Program-made: the position numbers and the translations under genes
The notes under the pieces: model-generated
What the model saw: the letters and a program-made list of their open reading frames with translations, nothing else
What the model was told of the DNA's origin: nothing
Databases searched by the model: none
Shown here: in pieces, positions 10,822 through 21,957 of the stretch
Layout: each line of letters begins with the position of its first letter
Position numbering within the stretch: the first letter of the stretch is position 1
Source: Cyanidioschyzon merolae
Lineage: Eukaryota
DNA: 64,000 bases
Reading direction: 5' to 3' (one strand)
Assembly: GCA_000091205.1 (NCBI GenBank)
Contig: AP006495.2

Positions 10822-13800
10822 GTACGCCTCCTTCGTTGCTCGCTACGTGAAGAACCTGTGGCACCTCGAAGGGTACTGGAAACCGTCCTTCGACGAGTAC
10901 CTGGTTAGCAAGTTCTTGGCCTGCACATAAATCCCGTGTTTCCCACGGGTTGCTCTAGCGACTCGCAACGTGAAACTGTGACACTGATGCTGCAAATGCG
11001 TGTGCGGATCACGCACGCTGTCCCAAGTGCACGCATGCGCGTGCTGGACACGTGTGCATGATCGCCGCGTTGCACCTGCTTTTCTTCTCGATCTATCTAC
11101 CCATTTCGGTATAAAGTGCAAGGGCTCCACTTTGATGATGCAGAGGTGCACGTTTCAAGTTTAGGGATGTTCCTGTTGTGACTAACGCAGGCCTTTGTTG
11201 GCTTCTTCTTTGACAGTTTTCTTTTCAGTTTTTGCATCTCGGGCTTTGAATACACCGATCCCTCCTGTCTCCTTGTTACGGTTTCAGAAGTCGAAGGATG
11301 TTGATGGGAGCCTAAAAATGCTGTCCTCACAACTGCCGGCTATTGTTCAAGAATTCCGTGCACATGCAAACAATGCAACAGACGCTTCTCTTGCTTATAT
11401 CATCTTCTTCGTATGCGGCATCGGTGCGCACTTCGTAACGGTAACACTTGACTGTGGTCAGGTTCTCTCATGTATCCACCACATTCCGCCTTCGAGCTCA
11501 GCCCTGTGCCCCTTCAGCGCTTGATTCATCGCTCAGTATACGCCCTTAACTGATGCAGTAGGCTTGACTTGATGCCGTTCTCCGTTTCCGTATACGTCGC
11601 CGTACGCCGCGATCACGGGCTTCCTCTGAGCGATGCGACCGACGAGGACGCTGTGGGCTGAACACGCTAGCGCAAGTCGTCCCAGTCCATACAGGATTCG
11701 AGGAGTGCAATGTTTTCCGTGATGAAATGAGAATGGAAGGGAAAATCGAGGCTATTGCAAAGGTCGAGAAATCTCGATCCACGAACGCTCCGATCGTGGA
11801 AAGCGGTGGCGCACGCTCCGCTAGCGGCGATCGCTCTAATGACTGACGTCTGAACCCGAGACCCTTTTCTGCGCAAGCAGCAGAGACAGGAGCCTCTACC
11901 AGCATATCTTGTGAGAGGCATGGTGCTGCTGGTGTGGAATGCAGGGTCATCGATTGGGACAATGAGAGGAGAGTTTTTTTCTTTCGAGCAGGATCGATCA
12001 CTGGACGTGACAAGTTCAGGGAGCGTTCGGCACTAGCCTATGCGCAAGTCGTCAAGCGACGACGGAGAGTACTTTTCATCGTCTAGCCAGCCGGCGAATT
12101 CCTGCGTCCACTATTTTCCTTTAAACGGAATGTAGAAACCTTGAGGAACGCATGATTTGCGCATGATACTTGTGAGGAAAGGAACGGACTGGAGGCTAGT
12201 GCGAACGAATTGTATCATAATTTTATTTATTATACGAACTCTTGCTTGAGTGCATCGCGAATGATCCTGAATCCGGTGATATAAAGAGTTCTTTCAGCAT
12301 AGCGTTGAGAAAGCCACATCGAATACCTGGCTGCGAATCCTAAAACCATGTATGCATGAACGATGCTCGTTGCTACACTTCGACAGCTGAGGCCAGGCAT
12401 CTAAGAAAGGATCGGAAGAAATTCCAAGGCAGGAACACGGCAAGCAGTACGACGTCCCGTGTTAATCGGACAGGCGTATAGGCTCGATGCATTTCAGCGG
12501 ATATTCACCAGCGATAGGACTACTGCAGATAACCAGCGAAGAAACGCCACTGTTCCACAAGATTCATGTATGGTGTAGGATCAACGCTCCTTATGAAATG
12601 TCCTCCCGCGGTGCAACTGCTGATGATCACCAGAGAAGAACGCTCTCCGTAACTCCACGGAAACTTCCAAGCATCAGCAAGAGCCGTTCAGTGTTTGCGG
12701 CAGGTTCAAGACTTTGCTCGAGCAACTTGTCGGGTGCCGAGCCCAGCCTGCTGTCCGTACAGACATAGGACGGGATTGTGGTCCCTCTGCTATGATCGCC
12801 TTAACAACTGCCTCTCATCGTTCCGAATAAAAGGCACCTAGATCCGCAGATAGAAACTTGTATTTACGCTTGTTTCGCCCAATCTAGACGTTGCAACCGA
12901 CTGCACCAAGCTCTTCGTCTTGAAATCCCTCGAGCCGTCCATTTCATTATCGCATGATTCATTAGTGCGCAACTCGTCGCTTAGAGCATGCCGTGTGTAC
13001 CAGACGATCCATTCGCCGAAAATCGAGCGCCAAACCAAGCATTTACCGCTGACAACGACTCGCTCCATACACGCCGACGAGCCGTGCTGCACAGCTGTTG
13101 GTAGTGACCCGTCCAGCAAGATAACCACTCGGACGAAGGTTATCAGGACGACGATCTATATGGTCATTCGTCCCCGACCTGAAAAACACCGAGACATGTG
13201 CACCACCATGCGCTATCGAAGCACCGAAATAAAACAAGTTTCCTCTCCAGTGAGGACGCCTACCGCGAGCTCATAATCTCGACCACCGCCATCAGAACTT
13301 GCATGACCACGCCCTTCATCCTGAGGCATACCGCCCAGGGAATCCTTATGGTCTCGCTGACGCGAACACGCCAGCGTCGGTGCCACAGGACTGCACGCGA
13401 AACGGAACGAAGCGGACACGTGGTTGCTAGTCCCACGGCGCCAACGTACCCTTCAAATCACTTGGCTATCACTTCCTGCCGGATGTGTCCATGTCCTCCG
13501 TCTCTACCGCAACAGGTGCGCCAGTGTTGTGCTTGTCATGCATATTCATATCCAAGTACGCGCGCATGTCCTCGATCGAGTCGCGACCTGGAGCACCAGC
13601 GGAGCCAACGGTCGAAGAGCGCGGCGTCCGCGTTGGCGTCGGCGCACACTCTTCCCGTTTCGGACACCCCTCCCTGAGCCAGTCAAAAAAGGCTCCAGGT
13701 CCGACTTCATAGTGCCCATCACGCATCTTAAACCGTGTCACGAGACACATACTGAACACAGATACAAGCGCCAACGCCAAACTTGAACGTGTTGGTTGCT

Positions 13801-13883
13801 CGCTGATCGCAGGCGCCGCCACGTCAGTTGTGGCTGCGGCGGCGGCGCCGCCCCGACGGGCTACCCCCTCCAACGGCGATCTC

Positions 13884-14076
13884 ATCGATAGGACGTACGA
13901 AACGACCAGAATATCCGAGATGAAGTATAGGTAATGTAACTTGGGAGTAGGGTGTTTGATGGATACCTCACCGCGCACTGAAAACACACACACAAAAAAA
14001 GTAAGAAAAGAAAAATGCGCATAATCGGAGAACGCTGGCCTATGGAAACGGTTTGTCTATGGAAAAAAGAAAGAAA
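13884..14076 (+). mobile_element. SINE-like short retroposon, copy A (5'-truncated), flanked by 12-bp target-site duplication AACGGCGATCTC
   Basis: The element ends in the A-rich tail GGAAAAAAGAAAGAAA. Perfect 12-bp direct repeats lie at 13872-13883 and 14077-14088. The body is about 85-90 % identical to copies at 20961-21165 and 40781-41005 in reverse orientation. Confidence 0.6.
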
Positions 14077-15695
14077 AACGGCGATCTCAGTGCGCAGCGC
14101 CCGGATGCCGTTGCACGGCGTTGCGGCCCCGAGCGCAGACAAGTAGGTGTTGGTGCGAGAGTCTGGGGCAGACTCGACATTCAGCGTACATGTATGTGGA
14201 TTCTTGGATTGGACAGAGATCGCTGACGGAGATACTGAGATGATCTTGTTCGGTATGTAAATCTCGTGGCATTTGTTGGTGAAGTGTAGGCAATTTTCAG
14301 TTTACCAGGAACTGTGCTTCGGGAGTCATCAGGGTCGATCGCATAACTCGATATCCGTAGACTGTGTTCGAAGTATTGTGGAGGCTGTCTGATTTTGACG
14401 GGAGCAGCATGGACCGCAAGTCTGCGCTCTATGCGTAAAATTCTATTGGCAGGAGCTCGGGAAGGAGCAAGAAACATCGCTTGACGCTCTCGAGTCGCGC
14501 ATACAAATCCGGAATCAGTGGAGCCTCGCCCCGTCACTAATGCTTGGCGGTCTCTTGCTTGGTTACCGACCGTCGTCGCACAAGCAATGAAATCGAGTCA
14601 GCGTCTCCAGTTCTATCGTAGAGAAGATGCAGCATAGCTGCGCTCTTTGCTAAGGGGGCAATCCATCGTAGACCGGGGCGCTCAACATCTGCAGGTGCTT
14701 GATCGATCACTCCCGGTGGAGGAGAATGTCGAGACTTTCGAAATATCGAGCGGGCACGGCACAGGCAATGTCTCGTGCTCTCCTGGGACCCGCTTGAATT
14801 TGTTTCCGTGCTTCAGCTTGATGTAATGAGCGACACGAGAGTCGAGGTTCATCTAGATTTGATTCGTGTCCATCGTGCTGGAAAGGCCCCGAGCATCTGC
14901 GTCAAGCCGAAGAAACCCGCCTTCATTCACCTTTACGGATCTTGTCCTTTGGTATGTCCTATCGTTCTTCCGGGTCAGAGATGATCGAATTCATTAGTGC
15001 TCGGCATGAGACTCGAGCCGATGGTGTTCTCCATGTCGTAACGGTTCCTCGCGGTACAGGCGATCTCGCAAGCGTAGAAAAGATCGTATCAAGGAACGAG
15101 CGCGCGCTTATGGCCTCTTCGCTCATCCATGCTTTCGCCTTTTTGTACCAAAGTCCTTTCGGTGTCTATACGAAATGAAACAAACGATAAAGTGAACTGG
15201 GTCAAGAGTCGCGAGAGAGATTCCTTAGAACGTGGACCTTCCCGAGGGCGCTGGCTTCCCCTCGCGTTCAGTCGCCCTTGAAGACTCCATAAGCGAGACG
15301 ACGGACTTTATCTATTCGCGATGACGAACTTGGCGGAGAGAGGTCAGTTTAAATTTGGTGACGATGAATTGCGCTTGGGCCATTTCTTCGGGCTCGTCGT
15401 CTCCTCTCTCTCTCACCCGAAGCATCGTGCAGCACATTTCCTCTGAATTCCAGAGCATGTGCTACCCTTATACCGATGGAATCATTTTTCTCTCCTGGTG
15501 AAGCGCACCCTCAACCGCTAATTCGCTCAAGAGATCCGAAAATTCGATACACCTTTTCGTTGCTACAGGGCGAATGCACCAGTTTGAAACATGCACGACT
15601 GGGTTCCTGCATGCCCAAGTGCCATCTCGCCACCACGCTCAGGCGCTAAGGTCGCGCTGGCGTGTGTATAGCGCCCCTCGTATCGGTAAGCAAGT

Positions 15696-16139
15696 ATGTA
15701 CGTGGCGCTTATCGCACAGTGGCAGCGACGAATACTCGTGGACACAGCACTTCGGAGAATGTCGTCTTGTACACTGGGGACACCTCGAAGAGACGTATCT
15801 CGTGAAGCCCGTTGTGTGCCGTGCGAGGGCATCGGGTCGGCGCTCAGCGCTGAGCAAGTGGCGGAGTTGGTCGCCACCAAGACACCCCAGTGGACGACAA
15901 CTCCTGACACAAAACGTCTGCATCGCACTTGGGTTCGTCCAAACTTTAAAGATGCTATGGAATTTTTGAACCGTATAGCGGATGTTGCGGAAAAGGAAGG
16001 ACACCACCCGGACCTGCACCTCACGAACTGGAACCGTGTTCGCGTGGAGCTCTGGACGCACGCTCTGGGCGGTCTCACCGAGAACGACTTTATATTGGCT
16101 ATGAAAGTCGATGAGATAGCAGAGCAAGGTCAAAAGTAG
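15696..16139 (+). CDS. PCBD: Pterin-4-alpha-carbinolamine dehydratase (PCD/DCoH) with N-terminal extension
   Basis: The C-terminal ~100 aa carry the PCD signature EGHHPDLHLTNWNRVRVELWTHALGGLTENDFILA. The N-terminal ~50 aa may be a targeting peptide or upstream of the real start. Confidence 0.7.
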   Translation: MYVALIAQWQRRILVDTALRRMSSCTLGTPRRDVSREARCVPCEGIGSALSAEQVAELVATKTPQWTTTPDTKRLHRTWVRPNFKDAMEFLNRIADVAEKEGHHPDLHLTNWNRVRVELWTHALGGLTENDFILAMKVDEIAEQGQK

Positions 16140-16603
16140 GCCATGATTTGGAGCAAGAGCTATTGCGAGGGTGCGGAAGCGACCGGAGTTGTTTACGTTG
16201 CGGCGCTCGATGAGGGCGATGAAACTGGAGTTTCCGCTCGCGTTGACGTAGTAAGGTCGAGGAGCGCGCACCAGTTGGCTTCGGGCGCGCTTTCATGGCG
16301 GGGTTTCCCAGCGCTCGCAGGCGATCGTCCGGTGCCTGGTAACGTACCGCTTTTGCAGACGTCGTTGGCCCGGCGAGCTGCAGGCTTCAATGGACCGCGA
16401 TGGTCATCGCAACCAGGCCGCAAGATACACACTAATGGGAACCACAGTTTACGAATTGACCTCAAGGGGGATTCCTGCGTCACCTGATCAAGCTAGAGAG
16501 ATCTTTCCTACGATCAAATGGGCCCCAGAGGAGCTCCTTTCCTTCATAGCTTGCGCTTGTAGCGTCTTTTTGCAGCCATACTAAACGAACCTTTGAGGGA
16601 AAC

Positions 16604-17734
16604 TTATGCCGGAATTCCACCAGGCGGATCCCATTTTGAACCAAGCTCGCTTAGTTTCTTGTGGGCATTTGCATAGTCCTCGAAGAACTTGGCCTCATCG
16701 GTGGCATAGATCTTCACGTACTTGTTGAATTCCGGATCTTCGACGAGAGCCTTGTCTGTGACGAGCTTCAGAAGCTCCGGATCAGCATTCGGATCCATGA
16801 GCACCTTGAAGTACATGTTGTTGAACTGGAGCCAGTCCGGTGTCCAGGAGCTGCCTCCCTTGGTCACACCGCTCACTGCGCGCGTATACTTGGTGCCCTC
16901 CTCACCGGCGCCGAAGCCACTTCGGAACTTGTACGCGCGTCCAATGGTATGGCCACCGCTCAGTGCAACGATCTCCTGGTCATTGAAACCCATCCGATAG
17001 AAAACCCTACGCAAATGCGCGGCAGCGTCCTCCTTGTCGGGCGCGGGCTCGTTAGGATTCTCACCCTCGGCCTTGTGGAACGGTGGACCGCCCGCCGGGA
17101 GTCGACCCTCTGGTGGCACCTCATTCTCCGACTGGGCATCGACACGGCCGAAACGGAACGGAATCTTGGGCCCGCCTGCAACCTCGATCGACAGAACACT
17201 TGCGTACTGAATAAGATCAGCCCATCCTACGTTTGGGTACTTCTCTTTGATTGGTTTCAACAGGTTCAGAGCGCCCGGGAGACCAACATTGCCGCCATGC
17301 TGGAGTTCCTTATTGAAACGAATAGAGCCGTTCGCACCGCCCGTTCCCAGGCGTGCGTCGTAGTCTCCCGAGTCGTGCCACGCCAAGCGTACCAGGATCG
17401 GCATCGCTTTGGTACGCTTGATCATTTCAACAAGATCGTTCCGAACAGAAGTCATCGTCTGTGTGTCGATTGCCATGGTCACAAGCCTTCGCGTCGGTGC
17501 CTGGGTGTTGAGTCTCAAAACTGCCGCGCCGCGGTACGCTTCACGTTGCACAAAATAAGAACTGAATCGAACTTTGTTCGCAGAACGCACTGAAACACTG
17601 CTGATTCTTCTAACCTGAATAGAGCGCAACGAAGGAAAACTTACAGCGTTTGAAAAAGCAATCTGTCCTGAATTCATCGAGCTACGGATACCACTGTACC
17701 CGTTACGTAAAAGTGAGCACGACAGGATACGCAT
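16604..17734 (-). CDS. Class I haem peroxidase (ascorbate peroxidase / cytochrome c peroxidase type) with long N-terminal presequence
   Basis: Distal motif RLAWHDSGDYD, proximal-His region GGHTIGRAYKFRSGFGAGEEGTKYT, and a W...DP C-terminal domain are present. About 100 aa of N-terminal Ser/Arg-rich extension suggests organellar targeting. Confidence 0.8.
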   Translation of the reverse strand: MRILSCSLLRNGYSGIRSSMNSGQIAFSNAVSFPSLRSIQVRRISSVSVRSANKVRFSSYFVQREAYRGAAVLRLNTQAPTRRLVTMAIDTQTMTSVRNDLVEMIKRTKAMPILVRLAWHDSGDYDARLGTGGANGSIRFNKELQHGGNVGLPGALNLLKPIKEKYPNVGWADLIQYASVLSIEVAGGPKIPFRFGRVDAQSENEVPPEGRLPAGGPPFHKAEGENPNEPAPDKEDAAAHLRRVFYRMGFNDQEIVALSGGHTIGRAYKFRSGFGAGEEGTKYTRAVSGVTKGGSSWTPDWLQFNNMYFKVLMDPNADPELLKLVTDKALVEDPEFNKYVKIYATDEAKFFEDYANAHKKLSELGSKWDPPGGIPA

Positions 17735-18033
17735 GAAGTGTAGCTCGCGATGTCGCGATGCCGCCCTGCCGAAGCGTTCGGAAGGCGGCGGGATCGCTGT
17801 GCTCGCGCATCTGCAGCCATTGGTGCAACGCGTACGCCGCGATGCACGCGCCAGGTACAGGTGTGCGCTGGCGATCGGCGCGCATCCGCTGGCGTGATCA
17901 GATTCGTCTCGAGGCTGATCGCCGCGCTGTGCCGCATCGCCGCTGGGGTATGTTGTGAAGCGCGCGCGCTCTGTACCCCGCTTATGAATGCGCGATCATA
18001 TCGCATGCTGGATCATCTTTCTTGTCGACCAAT

Positions 18034-18780
18034 AGCCAGGAAAAACTGTACATGGTGAATTGATGTGGTGCTCGGGTCTTGCAGTATTGCTGAACCGTTC
18101 TGTATCAGCGAGTGAGCAGAGGCGGGAATCCGATTCTCCCTCTTGAACAGTGATGTTTCTCCATTGCATATAGGTTCCGTTTCCAGCACCAGGGCCTCAC
18201 TGGGTGCCAGAGGATTCCCTCAGAACTTCGCTCGACACCAAGCCGGTGGACGCGATGGCAACAAGCGTCCGTCCCGGATGTTCAGCGAGGCGATCATTCG
18301 TAGGTGCAGAGTGTCCTTGCGCGCATTCTTGCCGGGGGAATCATGCTACAGCATGCCTCCGATCTTCGATAGCTCCGCAATCTGAAATTTGATCAGCTTG
18401 CTGTTCGCCATCTCGTGAATCTGGCTCTGTCTCATGCTCTTCTTCTGTATTCGTTTCACTGTGCACCGGTCCTGGCGATGCACGTACATCGTCCTGAACG
18501 CATCTATGGGAATCGTGCAGCATCGATTCCTGCACTTGCTTGGTGCTGTCGCTGAGGGCACAGGATTAGACTCTTGGGGTGGTACACAGCCGCCGTAGAC
18601 ATAGGCTACCACAACGCGACGAGAGTAATCGGTCATTTCCTTGCTGGGAGCCCCCAGAGGGCTTTGGTGAAAGCACGCATCTTGCCTCTGTAGAACCGGA
18701 GCCCGTCAGGGGCGTCAGTGCAGTCGCATGTGCTGCTCATACAGGTCCTTCGCATGAGCCATGTGGACGCCTTCGTACTA
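18034..18780 (+). repeat. 750-bp dispersed repeat, copy 2 (partner of 3754-4503)
   Basis: See copy 1; same orientation, 14.3 kb apart. Confidence 0.8.
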
Positions 18781-20960
18781 CATGGAGCTTACATCATGTC
18801 CCGCCAGTTCCATTCTTCTGTGTCAGAATTGCTAGGGCACGACGGGTACGATCCAAAGAGGGTGCGTCCCAGGAAGCGCTCGGCATTGACCCGCGGGAGG
18901 TATTTGAGGTTGTTTTCAATTTATCATTGACGCTCGCGGCTTACATTTGGTGATCGCTGACGTTGCTCGGCGTTGTGCCAAACTATACAGGGAAGCCTGT
19001 ATAAAGATTTCGGATCAAAAGATCAGTCCGTCAGACGTCTTCTATCCCGATCATCTGTTGTCCTGCGTTGCGAAGGTGAGATCGAAAGATATCCAGAGAA
19101 ATATGGATAGATGGCAGCGCTGCGTCCGGATTTCATGCGATCAGTTGCTTGACGATGTGGGCCAAAGCGAGAGAAGCAGGCGAGCGTTCCTCAAATGAGA
19201 AGCCACGCGATCTTTCCTAGCGTCCATCAGCTCGCGTAAGAAAGGTGAACCCGCAGATGCGTTTTCGTAGGGAGGCCATGCCAACGGTTTCAGGTTGATC
19301 TCTCAGCCCCGATAGGTTTTCTTTCTGGTTCCTCGTCGTCCTGCGTTCTGTACAAAGTTGCTGCTTTTGCCCCATGAGTCCTGCACCTTCTACTTCTCCG
19401 CGTTCGCCCATACTTGGTGGAGAATCATGAACGTATACCCATACTCCATAACCGTTCGTTTTTCTTGGGATTCTGATGCGCCGTAAGGGCGGAATCATTG
19501 AAGCGCCACTGCTCTATTGATGTATTTACGGTCCCGTAACTACTTTTTCGTGATCCCCGTTCCGACCGTGTCCATAAACCGCAGCGCGCTTGTCCTCTGC
19601 CTCGCGCATACGACGAGCAACACTGCAGATCCGGGCTGGTCAGGGCAGGGAACAACTCGACCAAGAAGGATGCCATGGATGTGTTCGAGTCGTCCGTTGA
19701 TCCGTAAGCGTCGAAACGGTCTCTGACAACAGAGAAGACGCCTGCGACTCGATTCAACCCAGGAGCATACACTGGCACCGAGAGCACTTCAACTCGAACC
19801 GCAACTGCATGCACCGTTCCCGCTTGTGTGAGTGATAGAAAGCGGCGTTATGTAAGAGCAGGCGAGAGGCGTATGGAAGGAAAAGTCCTGAAGTGCTTCG
19901 ACGAAGCGTGAGGTGATGAACGATCTTACCCGATTGGCGATTTGGCGGCAACTATACGATAGCTACGACGCTATGACTGTTTTTTTAGTTACGGTCGCTC
20001 GTTTCACCTCTGCAAACAGCGGTTTGTTCCTTGTTGAGAACACGTGCACAAGTCTGCGATTTCCCTGGGACGAGGTCCCTTCGAGTGAGACGGAGAACCG
20101 TCTCAGATATAGGAAGCATTCGCGTTTCTGTACGAAATCGATGGCGTGCTTTTCAGCACGGGACCGTCCCGTACGGAAGCACGCTCTTTCATCATGTCCA
20201 TGTGTTTCTCTCGATAAGCATTGGTATCAGCGGTGTGGAAACTCCACACGCTTTGGCTTCTTTGGAAGAAGTTCGTTGAGAATGTTTGGAGTGAATTGGG
20301 TTGACGAGGAGACAGGCGCGAAAATAGAGTTTCATAGGTTCTGTGTTTTGGGTACACGACGCGTAGGATAGAGGACTACCAGGAAGGTGGTTCCTCCACC
20401 TGCTCATCGTTCAATGAAAGACTCGCACATGTAAGACCTTTTTTCGCAATCTAGCAGTCGCAGCATCAATTAGCTCCAAGACCTTCCTCCGATCTACACG
20501 ATGCATTGTTTTTGTGAAACATGCTCGGGTGATACAGAAACATACACAAAATGGACGTCATTGTATATGCGTCCCCGAAGGCACTGCTCGATTCGGAGCA
20601 TACCAGAAGCGTGTCGTTCTACCAGAATCGACTCGGCCATATGGAGGTTTCCTCTGAACACTCCATATATTACAGCATTGGCCTTGGATCAATACAGTCG
20701 ATGCTGCGGCTAGCGCGCATACACGCTGCAACCTTCGCTCGCGAACAGCGTTGCGACCGATCCACCGTCGGTATCATCGCATGCACGCAAACCGATTGGC
20801 TTTGAATGGAATACACTACGAGAGACTGAACTGACTCGCCTGGATGTGCAAACGCTTCTGGTTAGCGGCGCTCCGACTTGCCCAGGAATGTGTGGTCTTA
20901 TCGAAACTTTGTCGCCTGAGAGCACTGCAGGACCCGGAGAAAGCGCTTCAATCGATTCAA

Positions 20961-21165
20961 TTTTTTATTCATTGACAGAACGTTTCCTTAGGCCAGCGTT
21001 CTCCGATTATGCGCATTTTTCTTCTCTTACTTTTTTTGTGTTTTTTCAGTGCGAGGTGTGGTATCCATCAGCTCCCTACCTCCATGTTACATTACCTATA
21101 CTTCTTCTCGGATATTCTGGTCGTTTCATACGTCCTATCGAGTGTGTGCCTAGTGCCTGCCGAAA
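20961..21165 (-). mobile_element. SINE-like short retroposon, copy B (full-length relative to copy A; sense on minus strand, poly-A at the 20961 end)
   Basis: Reverse-complement alignment with copy A and direct alignment with copy C at 40781-41005. The T-run at 20961-20966 corresponds to the A-tail on the sense strand. Confidence 0.5.
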
Positions 21166-21364
21166 GCGACCGCACCGGCGCCTAAAGCGCCGGTGCGTCA
21201 ATCGATGCAATACTGGCATTCGCGCCCTGGCCCCGATCGATGACCCGAAGATCCGCCGCCCGCGACATCCGGACGCACCCGCTATCGGTGCGCGCATGCA
21301 TCATCGGCGCATATCGAGACGTGAACCCTATATATATCAATTCTAGTGCCTAACTGAACGAAAC

Positions 21365-21465
21365 GGGGTGCTGGTCTATCGTTACAGGGGATCTGGTGGT
21401 ATGATTTGCCGTTAGGGAATTCTCCAACATCGGCAAGGTCCCGGGTTCAATTCCCGGGCACCCCC
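21365..21465 (+). tRNA. tRNA-like pol III unit, about 101 nt, isotype undetermined
   Basis: Canonical T-arm CCGGG-TTCAATT-CCCGG, a 7-bp acceptor pairing GGGGTGC/GCACCCC, a discriminator, then an immediate T5 run at 21467-21471 (pol III terminator). The 3' half folds as an anticodon stem TGCCG/CGGCA with loop TTAGGG..(A), a 12-nt insert, and variable loop AGGTC. This is consistent with an intron-containing tRNA with anticodon AGG (Pro), but the 5' half has about 15 extra nt and I cannot fold a standard D-arm. Confidence 0.45.
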
Positions 21466-21957
21466 ATTTTTGCCCGTCTTGAACAAGTCGGTCTTAATAT
21501 CGATACGCGACCTCCTTGAGCTTGTCCCGAAGCGTGCGTCTGAGAACCGTGCTTCTGCTGCTGCACGAGTGCTGCGCACAACGGAGCTGTGCATCTGGGC
21601 TGCTGCTGTGCGCGTGCATCGCTCCTGAAAAGCTGCTTGACTGGGCGCCTTGAACAGGCGACTCTAGACTCGCGGGTCAGCGCGAAGCCGGAGGACCAAG
21701 GAATCTGGTGCGGGACGCGCCGCTGCTGGAAAGCGACGCTGCAGTCCTGCGCCGAACGCGTGCGGAACACTGGTCGTTGTTCACGTGGTCGTCCCGTCGC
21801 GAGGAGCGCGCGCTGAAGTTTGATTTGACGCCACCGCACGGCAAACGCCGTTTCGGCTCGACCTAGCTTAGATCGTAGACGGGGCAGCGCCGGCATTGAG
21901 CCCCCGGAACTGACGCAAGGTGCAAAGAACCGAGTCGTCCGAGTTGACGTCAGTCCA

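Noticed and set aside
13882-14142. Small ORFs inside the three SINE-like copies (13882-14142 minus; 20846-21346 plus; 40718-41011 plus) with similar peptides
   Set aside because: The peptide similarity is explained by DNA-level repeat identity, and the elements have poly-A tails and TSDs, so they are retroposon sequence and not a gene family.
3754-18780. The two 750-bp direct repeats as LTRs of one LTR retrotransposon
   Set aside because: The 13.5 kb between them contains ordinary host genes (M16 peptidase, PNPO, PCD, peroxidase) and no gag/pol/RT-like ORFs. The repeat ends are not TG...CA and there is no PBS, PPT or TSD.
21365-21465. Calling the tRNA-like unit a specific isotype (Pro-AGG with intron)
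   Set aside because: Only the 3' half supports that fold and the 5' half does not give a standard D-arm, so the isotype is left undetermined.
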